Positions 38,412-47,564 are shown, numbered from the stretch's first letter. The stretch: 64,000 nt of DNA from an uncultured Oscillospiraceae bacterium (GCA_964408185.1 CAYOYK010000007.1:4232-68231), one strand, 5' to 3'. The notes: generated from the letters alone by a model not told the origin. A program made the numbers and translations.

Positions 38412-39512
38412 ATGCCGCAGGAGAAGCTTACCGTTCTGTCCAGAAAGGGGATTGAGGCGATCCCGCTCAGCAGGCAGAACGCCGCCTTTGTAAAGCAATA
38501 CATCACCGAGGATATCTGCCAGCGTAAGTTTTCCGAAACGCTTGGCAAGTATGCTCCCGTTGCCGATCCCGACGGACTGCGCACGCTCCTTGTGGACGAG
38601 CTGACGCGCATGAACCCCGGCGCGCAGCGGGATTCCATAAGGCGCAAGGTCGCCCTCTGGCTTGGCGATAAGAACGCGCCGGAGGATCGAACGACGCTGA
38701 TACAGCTCTGCTTTGCCATGCGCCTGAACGAGCTGGACGCGCAAAACTTTTTGGCCTCGGCCGGGGGCGGCTGCCTGCACCGCCGCAACCCGGAGGAGCT
38801 TACCTACCTGTACGCGCTGCGCATGGGGCTGGACTACGAGCAGAGCCAGCGCATGCTGGCGCGCGTGCGGCAGATCATGGCGCGCGCGGGCGGCCCTGCC
38901 GAGGATTGCCTGACGCATTCCATTTCCCAGCGGTTTGATCTGGTGCGCACCGAGGAGGACTTCTACCGCTTTATCGAGCAAAACCGCATGAGCCTTGGCA
39001 TGCTGCACAACACCGCGTATGCCTACTATTGCCGATATATGCGCGTGCTCACCAACCCGACGGGCGCGCTGGATACCGTGACGGAGGAAGCCTATACCGT
39101 GCGCGACGTGGTGGATATGTACCTGCGCGTCGCGCCCGGCGAGCCTGCGCAGGAGATGGGACGCGACATGCTGCGCAAGACGCTGCTCAAGCATTGGCCT
39201 AACGAATCCAGCCTGTCCCGCATTGCCGGCCGCCAGATGGACGTGCCGCGCAAGGTGCTCACGCTGCTGTTCCTCATCACGGACGGTGCGGAGGACGAGC
39301 CGGAGGACGAGCTGATCGACGAGAATCGAGGCCCTCGGCGCATGTTTATCGACCGCTATCAGCGTGTCAACGCCATGCTGGACGCGTGCGGATACAGCGC
39401 GCTGGATCCGCGCAACCCCTTTGACTGGCTCGCGCTCTACTGCATGTACGTCGGCGAGGACGGAGATGTGAGCGAGCGCATGCGCAGCGTGCTGGCCGAT
39501 ATCTTTGCCTGA
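38412..39512 (+). CDS. hypothetical cytoplasmic protein, first gene of the kinase module
   Basis: Within ORF 38391-39512 the ATG at 38412 is preceded by AAAGGAG. 366 aa, no TM and no motif I recognise. Confidence 0.6.
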   Translation: MPQEKLTVLSRKGIEAIPLSRQNAAFVKQYITEDICQRKFSETLGKYAPVADPDGLRTLLVDELTRMNPGAQRDSIRRKVALWLGDKNAPEDRTTLIQLCFAMRLNELDAQNFLASAGGGCLHRRNPEELTYLYALRMGLDYEQSQRMLARVRQIMARAGGPAEDCLTHSISQRFDLVRTEEDFYRFIEQNRMSLGMLHNTAYAYYCRYMRVLTNPTGALDTVTEEAYTVRDVVDMYLRVAPGEPAQEMGRDMLRKTLLKHWPNESSLSRIAGRQMDVPRKVLTLLFLITDGAEDEPEDELIDENRGPRRMFIDRYQRVNAMLDACGYSALDPRNPFDWLALYCMYVGEDGDVSERMRSVLADIFA

Positions 39513-39566
39513 CGGGCCGCTCGGCGGCAAGTACCAAAGCGCCCTGTGGCGGAAGGAGTCCTTGGA

Positions 39567-42044
39567 ATGCACGATCAACGATGTATGCGCTGCATGGAGC
39601 TGCTTTCGGCGGACGGAAGCTGCCCAAACTGCCATTTTGACGCGGCCTCCTATCGGGCCAAGCCGCACCAGCTTCCGCTTGCGTCCATCCTGAACGGCAA
39701 GTATCTGGTAGGCTGCGTTCTGGGCGAGGGCGGCTTTGGGATAACGTATGTCGCTTGGGACCTTGTGCTGGATATGATGGTCGCCGTAAAGGAGTACTAT
39801 CCCGTCGGGTTTGTCAGCCGCGATCACAGCGCGACCAACGCCGTGCTGCCCGTCGGCGGCGACAGCGAGGAGTTTTTCAGCAAGGGACGCGAGCGCTTTC
39901 TGGCCGAGGCAAAAAAGCTCGCTCGCTTCTTCGCCAATCCGGGCGTTGTTACCGTGAAGGACTACTTTACGGAGAACGGCACCGGCTACATTGTAATGGA
40001 GTACATCAAGGGCTGCAACTTGGGCGCGTACCTTGAGCGCTGCGGCAACCGCATGGAACTGAACGCCTTGCTGGAGCTGCTCGTCATTCCCATGCGCTCT
40101 CTGGAGGAGGTGCATGCCGTCGGCATCATCCACAGGGACATCAGTCCGGAGAACCTCATGGTGGCGGATAACGGCTATGTGAAGCTGATCGATTTCGGCG
40201 CGTCCAAGATACTGGAAGATCCCCAGCGCAGCACCGAGCTGATGCTTCGGCCCGGCTACGCGCCGGAGGAAATGTACCGCACAAACGGGAAGCTGGGCCC
40301 GTGGACCGATGTGTACGAGCTCTGCGCCACCGTCTACCGCGCGATCACCGGCGTTACGCCGCCCGAAGCGCCCGAACGCCTGCGCCGGGACGAGCTGATC
40401 CCGCCCTCCAAGCTGGGCGCGGTCATCACGCCCGCACAGGAGCGCGCGCTGCTCAAGGGCTTAGCGGTGCTGGCAAAGGATCGCTACGCCACCATGCAGG
40501 AGCTCCGCGAGGCGCTGGTGATTGAAAAGCCGATAAAGACGGCTCAATGGACGCACAGGCAGGCAAAGCCTACCCCGGATTTAGCCGCGCAGGCAGGCGA
40601 CACGCCGCTTCAGCCCAAGCTCAGCGCCTCCGCGCCCCAAGCGGGTTCGCCGCTTTCCGGCAAGCGCAAGCTGCTGATTGCCGGCGCGGCGGCGCTGCTC
40701 TGCGTAATTATTGCGCTGGTTCTGCTGCTGCCCAAGGGGTCGCCTCCCCTCGCGTTTGCGGATGCGGACTTCGAGCGCCTGCTGCATACCGCGCTTGGCA
40801 GGGCGGACGGCGACGCGATCCGTGCGGCCGATCTTGCCGCGGTGGACACGCTGTCCTTTACAAACGGCGGGCTGGCGTTTGCGTGGGCGGAGGAGCCCGG
40901 CGCGGACGAGGCCCCCTGTCCCGTGCGGAACTTTTACGATCTGGAGTTTTTCCCCGCGCTGACGCGCCTGCAAATCAGGGGCGCGACGGATGTGGAGCTG
41001 ACCGCGCTGCCGACCTCGCTCACGCAGCTTGAGCTTCGCGATTGCGGCCTTATGGAGCTGGACGGGCTTGTCGGGCTGACGGGCCTGACAACGCTGAACG
41101 TCAGCGCGAACCTGATCAGATCGCTTCAGCCGCTGGAGGGCATGAGCGCGCTGACCGAGCTTTCCATCGCCGACACGTTGGTTGACGATTTGCGGCCGCT
41201 GAGCAAGCTCGCCGCGCTGACGACACTCGACGCCCGGAATACCGGCGTGACTGACTGGTCGCCTGTCGCCGGGCTGAGCGTGATGCTCGGCAGCCCTGCG
41301 CCTACGGTGGAGCCGTCCGCAGCGCCATCCGTAGCGCCGACCGCAGCGCCGACCACAGCGCCGACGGAGCCGTCTGTATCCCCGATGCCCACCCCTACGG
41401 TCGACGCGCAGAGCGATTATTTTCCCCGTTTCCAAGACATCGGATTCTACAACATGCTCTGGACCGCGCTTGGGAAGGAATCCGGCGAGTATATCAGCCG
41501 CGACGAAATGATGCGGATCACGCAGATCACGATCTCCGGCGGCGCAATGACCCTCGATTATGACGAGAACGCCGAGTACGACGAGCAGAGCGAAAGCTGG
41601 GGCAGCCTGTCGCTGAGCGACCTGCAATTCTTCCCCAACCTGCGCAGACTGCATGTTTCCGATGTGGAGCTGAGCGGCGCGGACACGCTGCAACAGCTCC
41701 GGAGCCTGCGCACGTTATGGCTGACGAACTGCGGCCTCACGGATTGCAGCGCCTTTGCCCATATGCCCATGCTGACGCGGCTTTATCTGTACGATAATCC
41801 CATTGGCGATATTTCCGCGCTGGAGGGGATGCCGCTGATCGAGCTGGGTCTGAGCGATACGGACGTAAGCTCGCTTGAGCCGCTGCGCTCGATGGACACG
41901 CTGTGCGCGCTGTCCATCAACCACACGGGCGTGACTGATCTGTCGCCTCTGAGCGGCCTTGCCAAGCTGGAAACGCTGTACGCCCGATACACGAGCATCA
42001 AGGTCTGGCTGCCCGTCAAGGATGTGGAGAACGTGTATCGGTAA
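39567..42044 (+). CDS. Ser/Thr protein kinase with N-terminal zinc ribbon, TM and extracellular leucine-rich repeats
   Basis: ATG at 39567 after GGAAGGAG. CMRC...CPNC ribbon. Kinase motifs GEGGFGITY, VAVKEY, HRDISPENLM, DFGAS, GYAPEE. TM LLIAGAAALLCVIIALVLLL. Two LRR blocks (LxxLxLxxNxI-type, e.g. LTTLNVSANLIRSLQPL) separated by a Pro/Ala/Thr linker. Confidence 0.9.
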   Translation: MHDQRCMRCMELLSADGSCPNCHFDAASYRAKPHQLPLASILNGKYLVGCVLGEGGFGITYVAWDLVLDMMVAVKEYYPVGFVSRDHSATNAVLPVGGDSEEFFSKGRERFLAEAKKLARFFANPGVVTVKDYFTENGTGYIVMEYIKGCNLGAYLERCGNRMELNALLELLVIPMRSLEEVHAVGIIHRDISPENLMVADNGYVKLIDFGASKILEDPQRSTELMLRPGYAPEEMYRTNGKLGPWTDVYELCATVYRAITGVTPPEAPERLRRDELIPPSKLGAVITPAQERALLKGLAVLAKDRYATMQELREALVIEKPIKTAQWTHRQAKPTPDLAAQAGDTPLQPKLSASAPQAGSPLSGKRKLLIAGAAALLCVIIALVLLLPKGSPPLAFADADFERLLHTALGRADGDAIRAADLAAVDTLSFTNGGLAFAWAEEPGADEAPCPVRNFYDLEFFPALTRLQIRGATDVELTALPTSLTQLELRDCGLMELDGLVGLTGLTTLNVSANLIRSLQPLEGMSALTELSIADTLVDDLRPLSKLAALTTLDARNTGVTDWSPVAGLSVMLGSPAPTVEPSAAPSVAPTAAPTTAPTEPSVSPMPTPTVDAQSDYFPRFQDIGFYNMLWTALGKESGEYISRDEMMRITQITISGGAMTLDYDENAEYDEQSESWGSLSLSDLQFFPNLRRLHVSDVELSGADTLQQLRSLRTLWLTNCGLTDCSAFAHMPMLTRLYLYDNPIGDISALEGMPLIELGLSDTDVSSLEPLRSMDTLCALSINHTGVTDLSPLSGLAKLETLYARYTSIKVWLPVKDVENVYR

Positions 42045-42119
42045 TCAACCGCAAAAAGCGATGGATCAATTTGCTATACTAAGCCGCTCGCAAAGAGTGA
42101 TAAACGAGGAGGGTTTCTC

Positions 42120-42641
42120 ATGGATATGAAGCAATGCGCCGCCGGACACTTTTATGACGCCGAAAAAAACGCGACCTGCCCCTATTGCGCGCCCGCTGTC
42201 TCCGCATCTGTTGGTACCACGGTGCCCGTGGGCGGGGAGCCGGAGGCCGCGCCCGTCATCGGTCAAACCGTGGCGCTCAGCCGCGGGTTCAACCCGGTTG
42301 TCGGCTGGCTGGTGTGCGTTTCCGGGCCGGATCGCGGCAAGGACTATGTCATCCGCGACCAGAACAACTACATCGGCCGGGACGTGACCATGGATATTCG
42401 CATCGCCGAGGATCCGACCGTCTCCCGCGAGAGCGCAACGCTCACATATGACAGGCGGACAAAGGCGTTCCTGTGTACGCCGGAGAAGGGCCACGCCGTT
42501 GTCCGCGTCAACGATGAGATCCTGCACGATACCCTCGGCATGAAGGCGAACGACCGCATCGAAATCGGGCACACCGTGCTGATGCTGGTTCCGCTTTGCA
42601 ATGACGGCTTCGATTGGGACTGGGAGCCGGATGACGAGTGA
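42120..42641 (+). CDS. zinc-ribbon + FHA domain protein
   Basis: N-terminus C..GH...CPYC. FHA core IGRDVTMDIRIAEDPTVSRESATLTYD...VRVND. RBS GAGGAGGG upstream. Confidence 0.8.
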   Translation: MDMKQCAAGHFYDAEKNATCPYCAPAVSASVGTTVPVGGEPEAAPVIGQTVALSRGFNPVVGWLVCVSGPDRGKDYVIRDQNNYIGRDVTMDIRIAEDPTVSRESATLTYDRRTKAFLCTPEKGHAVVRVNDEILHDTLGMKANDRIEIGHTVLMLVPLCNDGFDWDWEPDDE

Positions 42642-42696
42642 CGGCCCGGAACGCCCGTTCGGATTCCTTAACCAATATGCGAAAGAAGGCCCCGTC

Positions 42697-43905
42697 ATGA
42701 GAAGGATTCATCGCCTCGCCGCGCTGCTGCTGATTCTGTTGCTGGCAATGTGCATACCGGCGCTCGCGGATAACGACACGCATTTTTCCACTCCGACGGC
42801 CGACGAGACGCCCGCGGTCGCGTCCGGCAGCGGCACGGCTGATTACCGGGAGGCCATCACCTTCTTTGCGGGCTATGGCAAGGACGAAAACGTGCTGGGC
42901 TCCGGCATTGCGTACCCGGTCGGCGTCGCGGGGGACGGCTCCACCCTCTATGTAACGGATCGCGCCACGCTGGCGGGAATTGTAAAGCAGGATGACAGCC
43001 GCACGGTCTACGTGTATGCGAACCGCAACCCGGACGAGCGCTACGAGGTCGAGCGCGCTATCTCGCCCGATAACGCCCCGCTTGTGCTGCTGGTCGTATC
43101 GCAGACCGTCGCGGGGGTTGAACCCATCCGCCTTGCGCGCGATTTTGAGGCAAAGGATGCGCCCTGCACCATCCTGTTCATGGACGATCAGTTTGCCGCG
43201 CAGACCATGTCCGCCACGCTCAACGGCGGCAGCGCGGCGGGCACGGGCTGCATCTACTCGTTGGAAGACGTCAGCCTCAAGGACGGCAATCCCGTTTTTG
43301 ACGCCTCCGGCGCGCTGCTGGGTATCGTGTATCAGAATCGCTCCGTCGCCAGCGCCGGCTATTTGGCGGCCATGATGACCGCCGAGGGCTATGCGTTTGA
43401 AGCGGCCGATTATGTCGCGGGCGGCGTTCCTCTCCCGCTGATCATCGCGGGCGGCGGGCTGCTGCTGATCGTCGCGGCGCTGTTGATTGTGCGTTCGCGC
43501 CGGAAAAAAGGCGCGGCCAAGCCGAAGCGTGGTGCCTCGCCGCAAGCCGGGACGGAGCCCGCACAGAAGGAGACGCTGGCCATCCGCTGCCTCAGCGGCG
43601 AGCTGGAGGGCCGTTTGCAGGCGGTAACAGATCCTGTGACCATCGGTCGGAATCCTCAGGGCTGTACGCTTGTGTATTCCAACACCGCGCCCGGCGTAAG
43701 CGCGGAGCATTGCGTGCTCAAGCCCGCGGAGGCCGGCGCGCTGGAGCTGACGGATCTGGGCTCCACCTACGGCACGTTTGTCGGCACGCTTCAGCTCACG
43801 GCAAACATGGCCAAAGCGCTGCACAAGGGCGATCAATTCTGCTTGGGTGACGGCCGCAATACCTACGAGGTCTGCGCCGCGGCAACGCAGGACGGAACGC
43901 GCTGA
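42697..43905 (+). CDS. membrane protein: signal peptide, ectodomain, TM and cytoplasmic FHA domain
   Basis: Internal ATG at 42697. Signal peptide LLLILLLAMCIPALA. TM LIIAGGGLLLIVAALLIV followed by RSRRKKG. C-terminal FHA (TIGRNPQGCTLVYSNTAPGVSAEHCVL...GSTYGTFV). Confidence 0.75.
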   Translation: MRRIHRLAALLLILLLAMCIPALADNDTHFSTPTADETPAVASGSGTADYREAITFFAGYGKDENVLGSGIAYPVGVAGDGSTLYVTDRATLAGIVKQDDSRTVYVYANRNPDERYEVERAISPDNAPLVLLVVSQTVAGVEPIRLARDFEAKDAPCTILFMDDQFAAQTMSATLNGGSAAGTGCIYSLEDVSLKDGNPVFDASGALLGIVYQNRSVASAGYLAAMMTAEGYAFEAADYVAGGVPLPLIIAGGGLLLIVAALLIVRSRRKKGAAKPKRGASPQAGTEPAQKETLAIRCLSGELEGRLQAVTDPVTIGRNPQGCTLVYSNTAPGVSAEHCVLKPAEAGALELTDLGSTYGTFVGTLQLTANMAKALHKGDQFCLGDGRNTYEVCAAATQDGTR

Positions 43906-43922
43906 ACGGAGGTTGCCAAGCA

Positions 43923-44645
43923 TTGGGCTTTACGTTTCAATTTGCGTCGTTTACCCATCCGGGCGCGCGCTTGCACAATGAGGACAGCATGCGCATCCTT
44001 TGCCATGAGGACCGCGCGGTGCTGCTGGTAGCGGATGGCCTTGGCGGGCAGACGAACGGCGAGATCGCCGCGCGAATCGCAACCGACACGGTGGGCGATC
44101 AGGCCGGCGGCTGCGCCTCGTGGCTGCCGCGCGACGCGCGGGCGTTCTTTCGGCAGGCGGATCAAGCCGTTGCGGGCGCGCAGGCGCGTTTGGGCAACCG
44201 GATGATGACCACGCTGTCGGCGCTTTTCTTGGACGGTCTGGATGCGACGCTCGCGCATGTGGGCGATACGCGCATCTACTGGTTCCGGGAGGGGCAAATC
44301 TATCATCAAACCGAGGATCACAGCGTCTCGCAGGCGGCTGTTCGAGCCGGGGAGATCACCCCGGCGCAGATTCGCTTCCACGAGGATCGCAACCGCATCC
44401 TGTGCGCGCTGGGCGGCAGCCATGGCGCGGAGCCGGAATGCCATGCGGACGCCGCGCGTCCCGGCGACGCGTTTCTGCTTTGCACGGATGGCTTTTGGGA
44501 GCTGATTGTGGAGGAGGAAATGCTTGCCGACCTGCGCGAGCATTCCGCCGCCGAGCCATGGCTCCGCGCGATGCAGCAGCGCGTGCTTCGGCGCATGGGG
44601 CCGCAGGCGGACAATGCGACCGCCGTGGCTGTGATCGTTCAATAG
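43923..44645 (+). CDS. PP2C-family Ser/Thr phosphatase
   Basis: 240 aa with a non-ATG start (TTG). Motifs NEDS, VADGLGGQTNGEIAA, GDTRIY, LLCTDGFWE. Confidence 0.85.
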   Translation: MGFTFQFASFTHPGARLHNEDSMRILCHEDRAVLLVADGLGGQTNGEIAARIATDTVGDQAGGCASWLPRDARAFFRQADQAVAGAQARLGNRMMTTLSALFLDGLDATLAHVGDTRIYWFREGQIYHQTEDHSVSQAAVRAGEITPAQIRFHEDRNRILCALGGSHGAEPECHADAARPGDAFLLCTDGFWELIVEEEMLADLREHSAAEPWLRAMQQRVLRRMGPQADNATAVAVIVQ

Positions 44646-44648
44646 CAA

Positions 44649-44682
44649 GCGGCCCGCGTAGATAGATACGCGGGCCGCTTTT
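44649..44682 (+). terminator. intrinsic terminator of the kinase/phosphatase operon
   Basis: Stem GCGGCCCGCG / CGCGGGCCGC, 10-nt loop, then TTTTG. It begins 4 nt after the PP2C stop. Confidence 0.7.
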
Positions 44683-44704
44683 GCGCTCTGCCGCCGCAAG
44701 CTGC

Positions 44705-45026
44705 GCTTGGCTGGGTCGTTTGCTTGGCTGGCTTGTTCGCTTGGCTGGCTTGTTTGCTTGCTGGCTTGTTCGCTTCACTGGGTCGTTCGCTTCACTGGGT
44801 CGTTCGCTTGGCTGGTTCGTTCGTTTCACTGGTTCGCTCGCTTGGCAGGGTCGTTCGCTTCGCTGGTTCGCTCGCTTGGCAGGGTCGTTCGCTTCGCTGG
44901 TTCGCTCGTTTGGCTGGCTTGTTCACTTGGCTGGCACGTTTGCTTGGCTGGTTCGTACGTTTCACTGGTTCGTATGCTTGGCTGGTTCGTACGCTTCACA
45001 GGTTCGCTCGCTTCACTGGTTCGTTC
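44705..45026. repeat. tandem array of 19 imperfect copies of a 17-bp unit (consensus GCTTGGCTGGTTCGTTC); one copy is 16 bp
   Basis: I counted the units directly, from 44705-44721 onward. The 16-bp copy is at 44756-44771. A 34-bp higher-order duplicate lies at 44840-44907. A degenerate 20th copy follows at 45027-45043. The array lies between the convergent PP2C and cotH genes. Confidence 0.95.
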
Positions 45027-45095
45027 GCGTGGCTTGCCGCTGCGCGGAATGGCGGGGCGCGGCCCCACGCCTTCGGGCTTTGGGGCGCAGCCCGG

Positions 45096-47477
45096 TTACT
45101 CCCGCTCCTGCGCCGCCGTCCACAGCTCGCCAAAATACGTCTGCATTTCCTCGTCCGTCAGGCCGAATGTGCGCTTTGCGTCCAGCACCATTGTGGATAC
45201 GCGGTCGCCCTTGTCGCTGCGCACAAAGTCGCGCAGGTATTGCACATGCTCCTCCCAGCGCTCCATGGAGTAGCCCCATCGGGCTTGGTTGTAGGGCATA
45301 TCCGGCAGGATCTCGCTCACCATCTCGTCCAGATGCGCCAGCACCCGGTCCGGGTCGTAGGTTGTGCGCAGGTGATACGCCAGCCGCTCGATCATCTGCT
45401 TGCGGAAGCCCTCGTTTTCCAGCAGCGCGTTGATGATCACCGTGTTCAGGCTGGACTTGTCGGTCGGCTTGCTCATCATGGCGTACAGGCCGGCGGGATC
45501 GGAGCCAAAGCCCCAGTCCAGATCAAAGTTGACGAGATGCCACAGGCCGTCGCCGCCTGCGCTGCGGCAATGCCGGATGTTGGGGTAGTCTCTGTCCCCG
45601 GTATAGGCCCGCGCGATGTAGTAATCCATAAAGCTGTTTATGTCGATCTGAGCCGCGACGTACTGGTAGTTGGCCTCGACCGACAGATCCTTTTTGCGGC
45701 AGAAGCTCAGCAGCGCGTACCAATCGTCGTCGCTGCCGTGCTCCAGCACGCTCCAGCCCTTTATCATGTCCACGTCGGAGGCCGTTCCGCCCAGATGCGC
45801 GGCCGCAAAATCGTCGTTGATGCGCTCGCGGATGTAGTAGATGCCGTAGTATTCGCCGTCGATCAACAGGTTTACGGGACGGTACGCCTGACAGAGCACC
45901 TCCGGCATAGCGTCGGCCGTGAGCGAGGTAAGGAACTCGTCCCGCAAAAAGGAGCGGTTGCTGTCCTCCGAGCCGCTGCGCAGGGTCAGCGCGTCAAACT
46001 CGGTGATATCCAGATCGTCAAACACCTGATATTTTAGCGTGGACGCGCCGTATTTGCCGCGAAAGCGCACCTGAAAGCTCTTTTTCTTGAGCGCGCGGCT
46101 GCCCTGCCCGTGCATCTTCAGCCCGCAGTCGATGCTGAACATCTCCTGCCCGCTCTCGATCAGGGCGAGGTTGATGGCGGCCTCACGACTCTTGCTCTCC
46201 CATTTTTCGTAGATGCCGTTGCGCCCCGTTACGGAGCCCGGCTCGGAGGAGATGCACAGCAGCGGCAGCGTATACTGCTCCGCGCCAAACACGTAATGAT
46301 AGGTGCGGATGTCGGACGGCAGCTTGTTTTCCGCAATGGCGCAAATCCGCAGGGCCGTGCTGGCCTCCATCAGGATCGGGGTGCCGTCGTATCGGGCGCT
46401 TTCGGCCGTGGGCGCGGCGCCGTCCGTGGTGTAGTAGATCGCGCCCTCGCCTTGCAGCGTCACGGTGAAGGGCTCGCTGAACAGCCCGGTGCCGACGCTG
46501 GCCGTCGGGGTGTCCGTCAGGCCGCTCATGCCCTGCGGATTGGCCGAGCCGATGGTCGGCGTGTCAAAATAGCACAGGGCATCGCCGCTGCGCCCGTAGC
46601 CCATCTCCGGCTGGAGCGCGGGGAAGGCGAGCGCATCCGCGCACTCGCCTGCGGCGTTGGACAGGTACAGCGTTTCGCCGTCCGAGGACAGCTTGAAGCT
46701 CGCCTCGTCGCCGCCGTTGCCGGAGGCGTAGACCACGTAGTATTCGCCGGGCGCAAGGGAATCGGCGGGGAGCCGCCAGAGCAGCAGATCCTTCTTTTTG
46801 TCGCTCAGGTAGTAATCGCTCAGCTCTACAGGCTCGGTCCCGGCGTTATAGAGCTCGATCAGGTCGTAGTATTCCTCCTCGCGCGGCAGGAGCGTACTGT
46901 TGGAGGCGACCACCTCGTTGATGAGCAGCGTCTGCTTCAGGCTCGCGCGATAGTCCGCCGCGCCCTGCGCGGTGTTGGCGTAGCCGGGGGAGGGGAGCGT
47001 GGTCAGGCCGTGCTCGCGCTGCCATACGGTATCCTCCATGGCGGGGATATCCGCCTCGTCGCTCAGCGCGCCGTCCGCGCGGGTCAGCCAGAGGTAGCAG
47101 CCCTCCTTGGGCAGGTTGAAGCTGATGCTCGTGCCGTCGCAGTAAATGGCAAGGTAGCCGTCGGGGGGCAGCTCCACGTCGGGCAAGCGGCACTGGTAGG
47201 GATCGTACGCGACCTTGGAGAGATAGTAGTCCGAGAGCCGAAGCGTCGTGTCTCCGCCGTTGTACAGCTCCACATAGTCCAAAAAGCCGGTTGCCCACAG
47301 CAAATCGTTGTTGCTCATGACCTCGCTGAGGTACAGTGCGTCCGAGGCTTCGGCGTCTGGCGCGGCCGTCGGCGCAGGCGTTACGGTGGGGGATACGGAG
47401 GGCAGAATCTCCTGCGCCGTGGCGGATGAAAACAGCAACACCAGAATCAGCGCCAAGCATGTGAACGCGCGCAGCAT
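45096..47477 (-). CDS. cotH: CotH-family spore-coat kinase-like protein with two lamin-tail (LTD) domains
   Basis: Internal ATG at 47477 (RBS GGGAGG at 8 nt) of ORF 45096-47579. Signal peptide. Two LTD-like modules (LYLSEVMSNN...YVELYNGGDTTLRLSDYYLS; LLINEVVASN...LIELYNAGTEPVELSDYYLSD). CotH-like C-terminal half (SFMDYYIARAYTGDRDYPNIR...WHLVNFDLDWGF). Confidence 0.85.
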   Translation of the reverse strand: MLRAFTCLALILVLLFSSATAQEILPSVSPTVTPAPTAAPDAEASDALYLSEVMSNNDLLWATGFLDYVELYNGGDTTLRLSDYYLSKVAYDPYQCRLPDVELPPDGYLAIYCDGTSISFNLPKEGCYLWLTRADGALSDEADIPAMEDTVWQREHGLTTLPSPGYANTAQGAADYRASLKQTLLINEVVASNSTLLPREEEYYDLIELYNAGTEPVELSDYYLSDKKKDLLLWRLPADSLAPGEYYVVYASGNGGDEASFKLSSDGETLYLSNAAGECADALAFPALQPEMGYGRSGDALCYFDTPTIGSANPQGMSGLTDTPTASVGTGLFSEPFTVTLQGEGAIYYTTDGAAPTAESARYDGTPILMEASTALRICAIAENKLPSDIRTYHYVFGAEQYTLPLLCISSEPGSVTGRNGIYEKWESKSREAAINLALIESGQEMFSIDCGLKMHGQGSRALKKKSFQVRFRGKYGASTLKYQVFDDLDITEFDALTLRSGSEDSNRSFLRDEFLTSLTADAMPEVLCQAYRPVNLLIDGEYYGIYYIRERINDDFAAAHLGGTASDVDMIKGWSVLEHGSDDDWYALLSFCRKKDLSVEANYQYVAAQIDINSFMDYYIARAYTGDRDYPNIRHCRSAGGDGLWHLVNFDLDWGFGSDPAGLYAMMSKPTDKSSLNTVIINALLENEGFRKQMIERLAYHLRTTYDPDRVLAHLDEMVSEILPDMPYNQARWGYSMERWEEHVQYLRDFVRSDKGDRVSTMVLDAKRTFGLTDEEMQTYFGELWTAAQERE

Positions 47478-47508
47478 GGACAAGACCTCCCGCACCGGAT
47501 TTGCTAGG

Positions 47509-47537
47509 ATTTTACCACAGTTGGCAGCCCATGACAA
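47509..47537 (-). promoter_or_regulatory. sigma-A-like promoter candidate for cotH
   Basis: Minus strand: TTGTCA, a 17-nt spacer, then TAAAAT preceded by TGg. Confidence 0.45.
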
Positions 47538-47564
47538 GCGCGCCGCGTACCCGCCGACGCAAAA

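Noticed and set aside
44705-45026. The 17-bp array as a CRISPR array.
   Set aside because: The units are contiguous with no spacers. The unit is too short, and there are no cas genes in the window.
44681-46037. Plus-strand ORFs across the 17-bp array (44681-45433, 44707-45273, 44724-46037).
   Set aside because: They give Leu/Ala/Gly/Trp/Cys/Phe repeat strings in all three frames and continue antisense into cotH. They are an artefact of a stop-free repeat.
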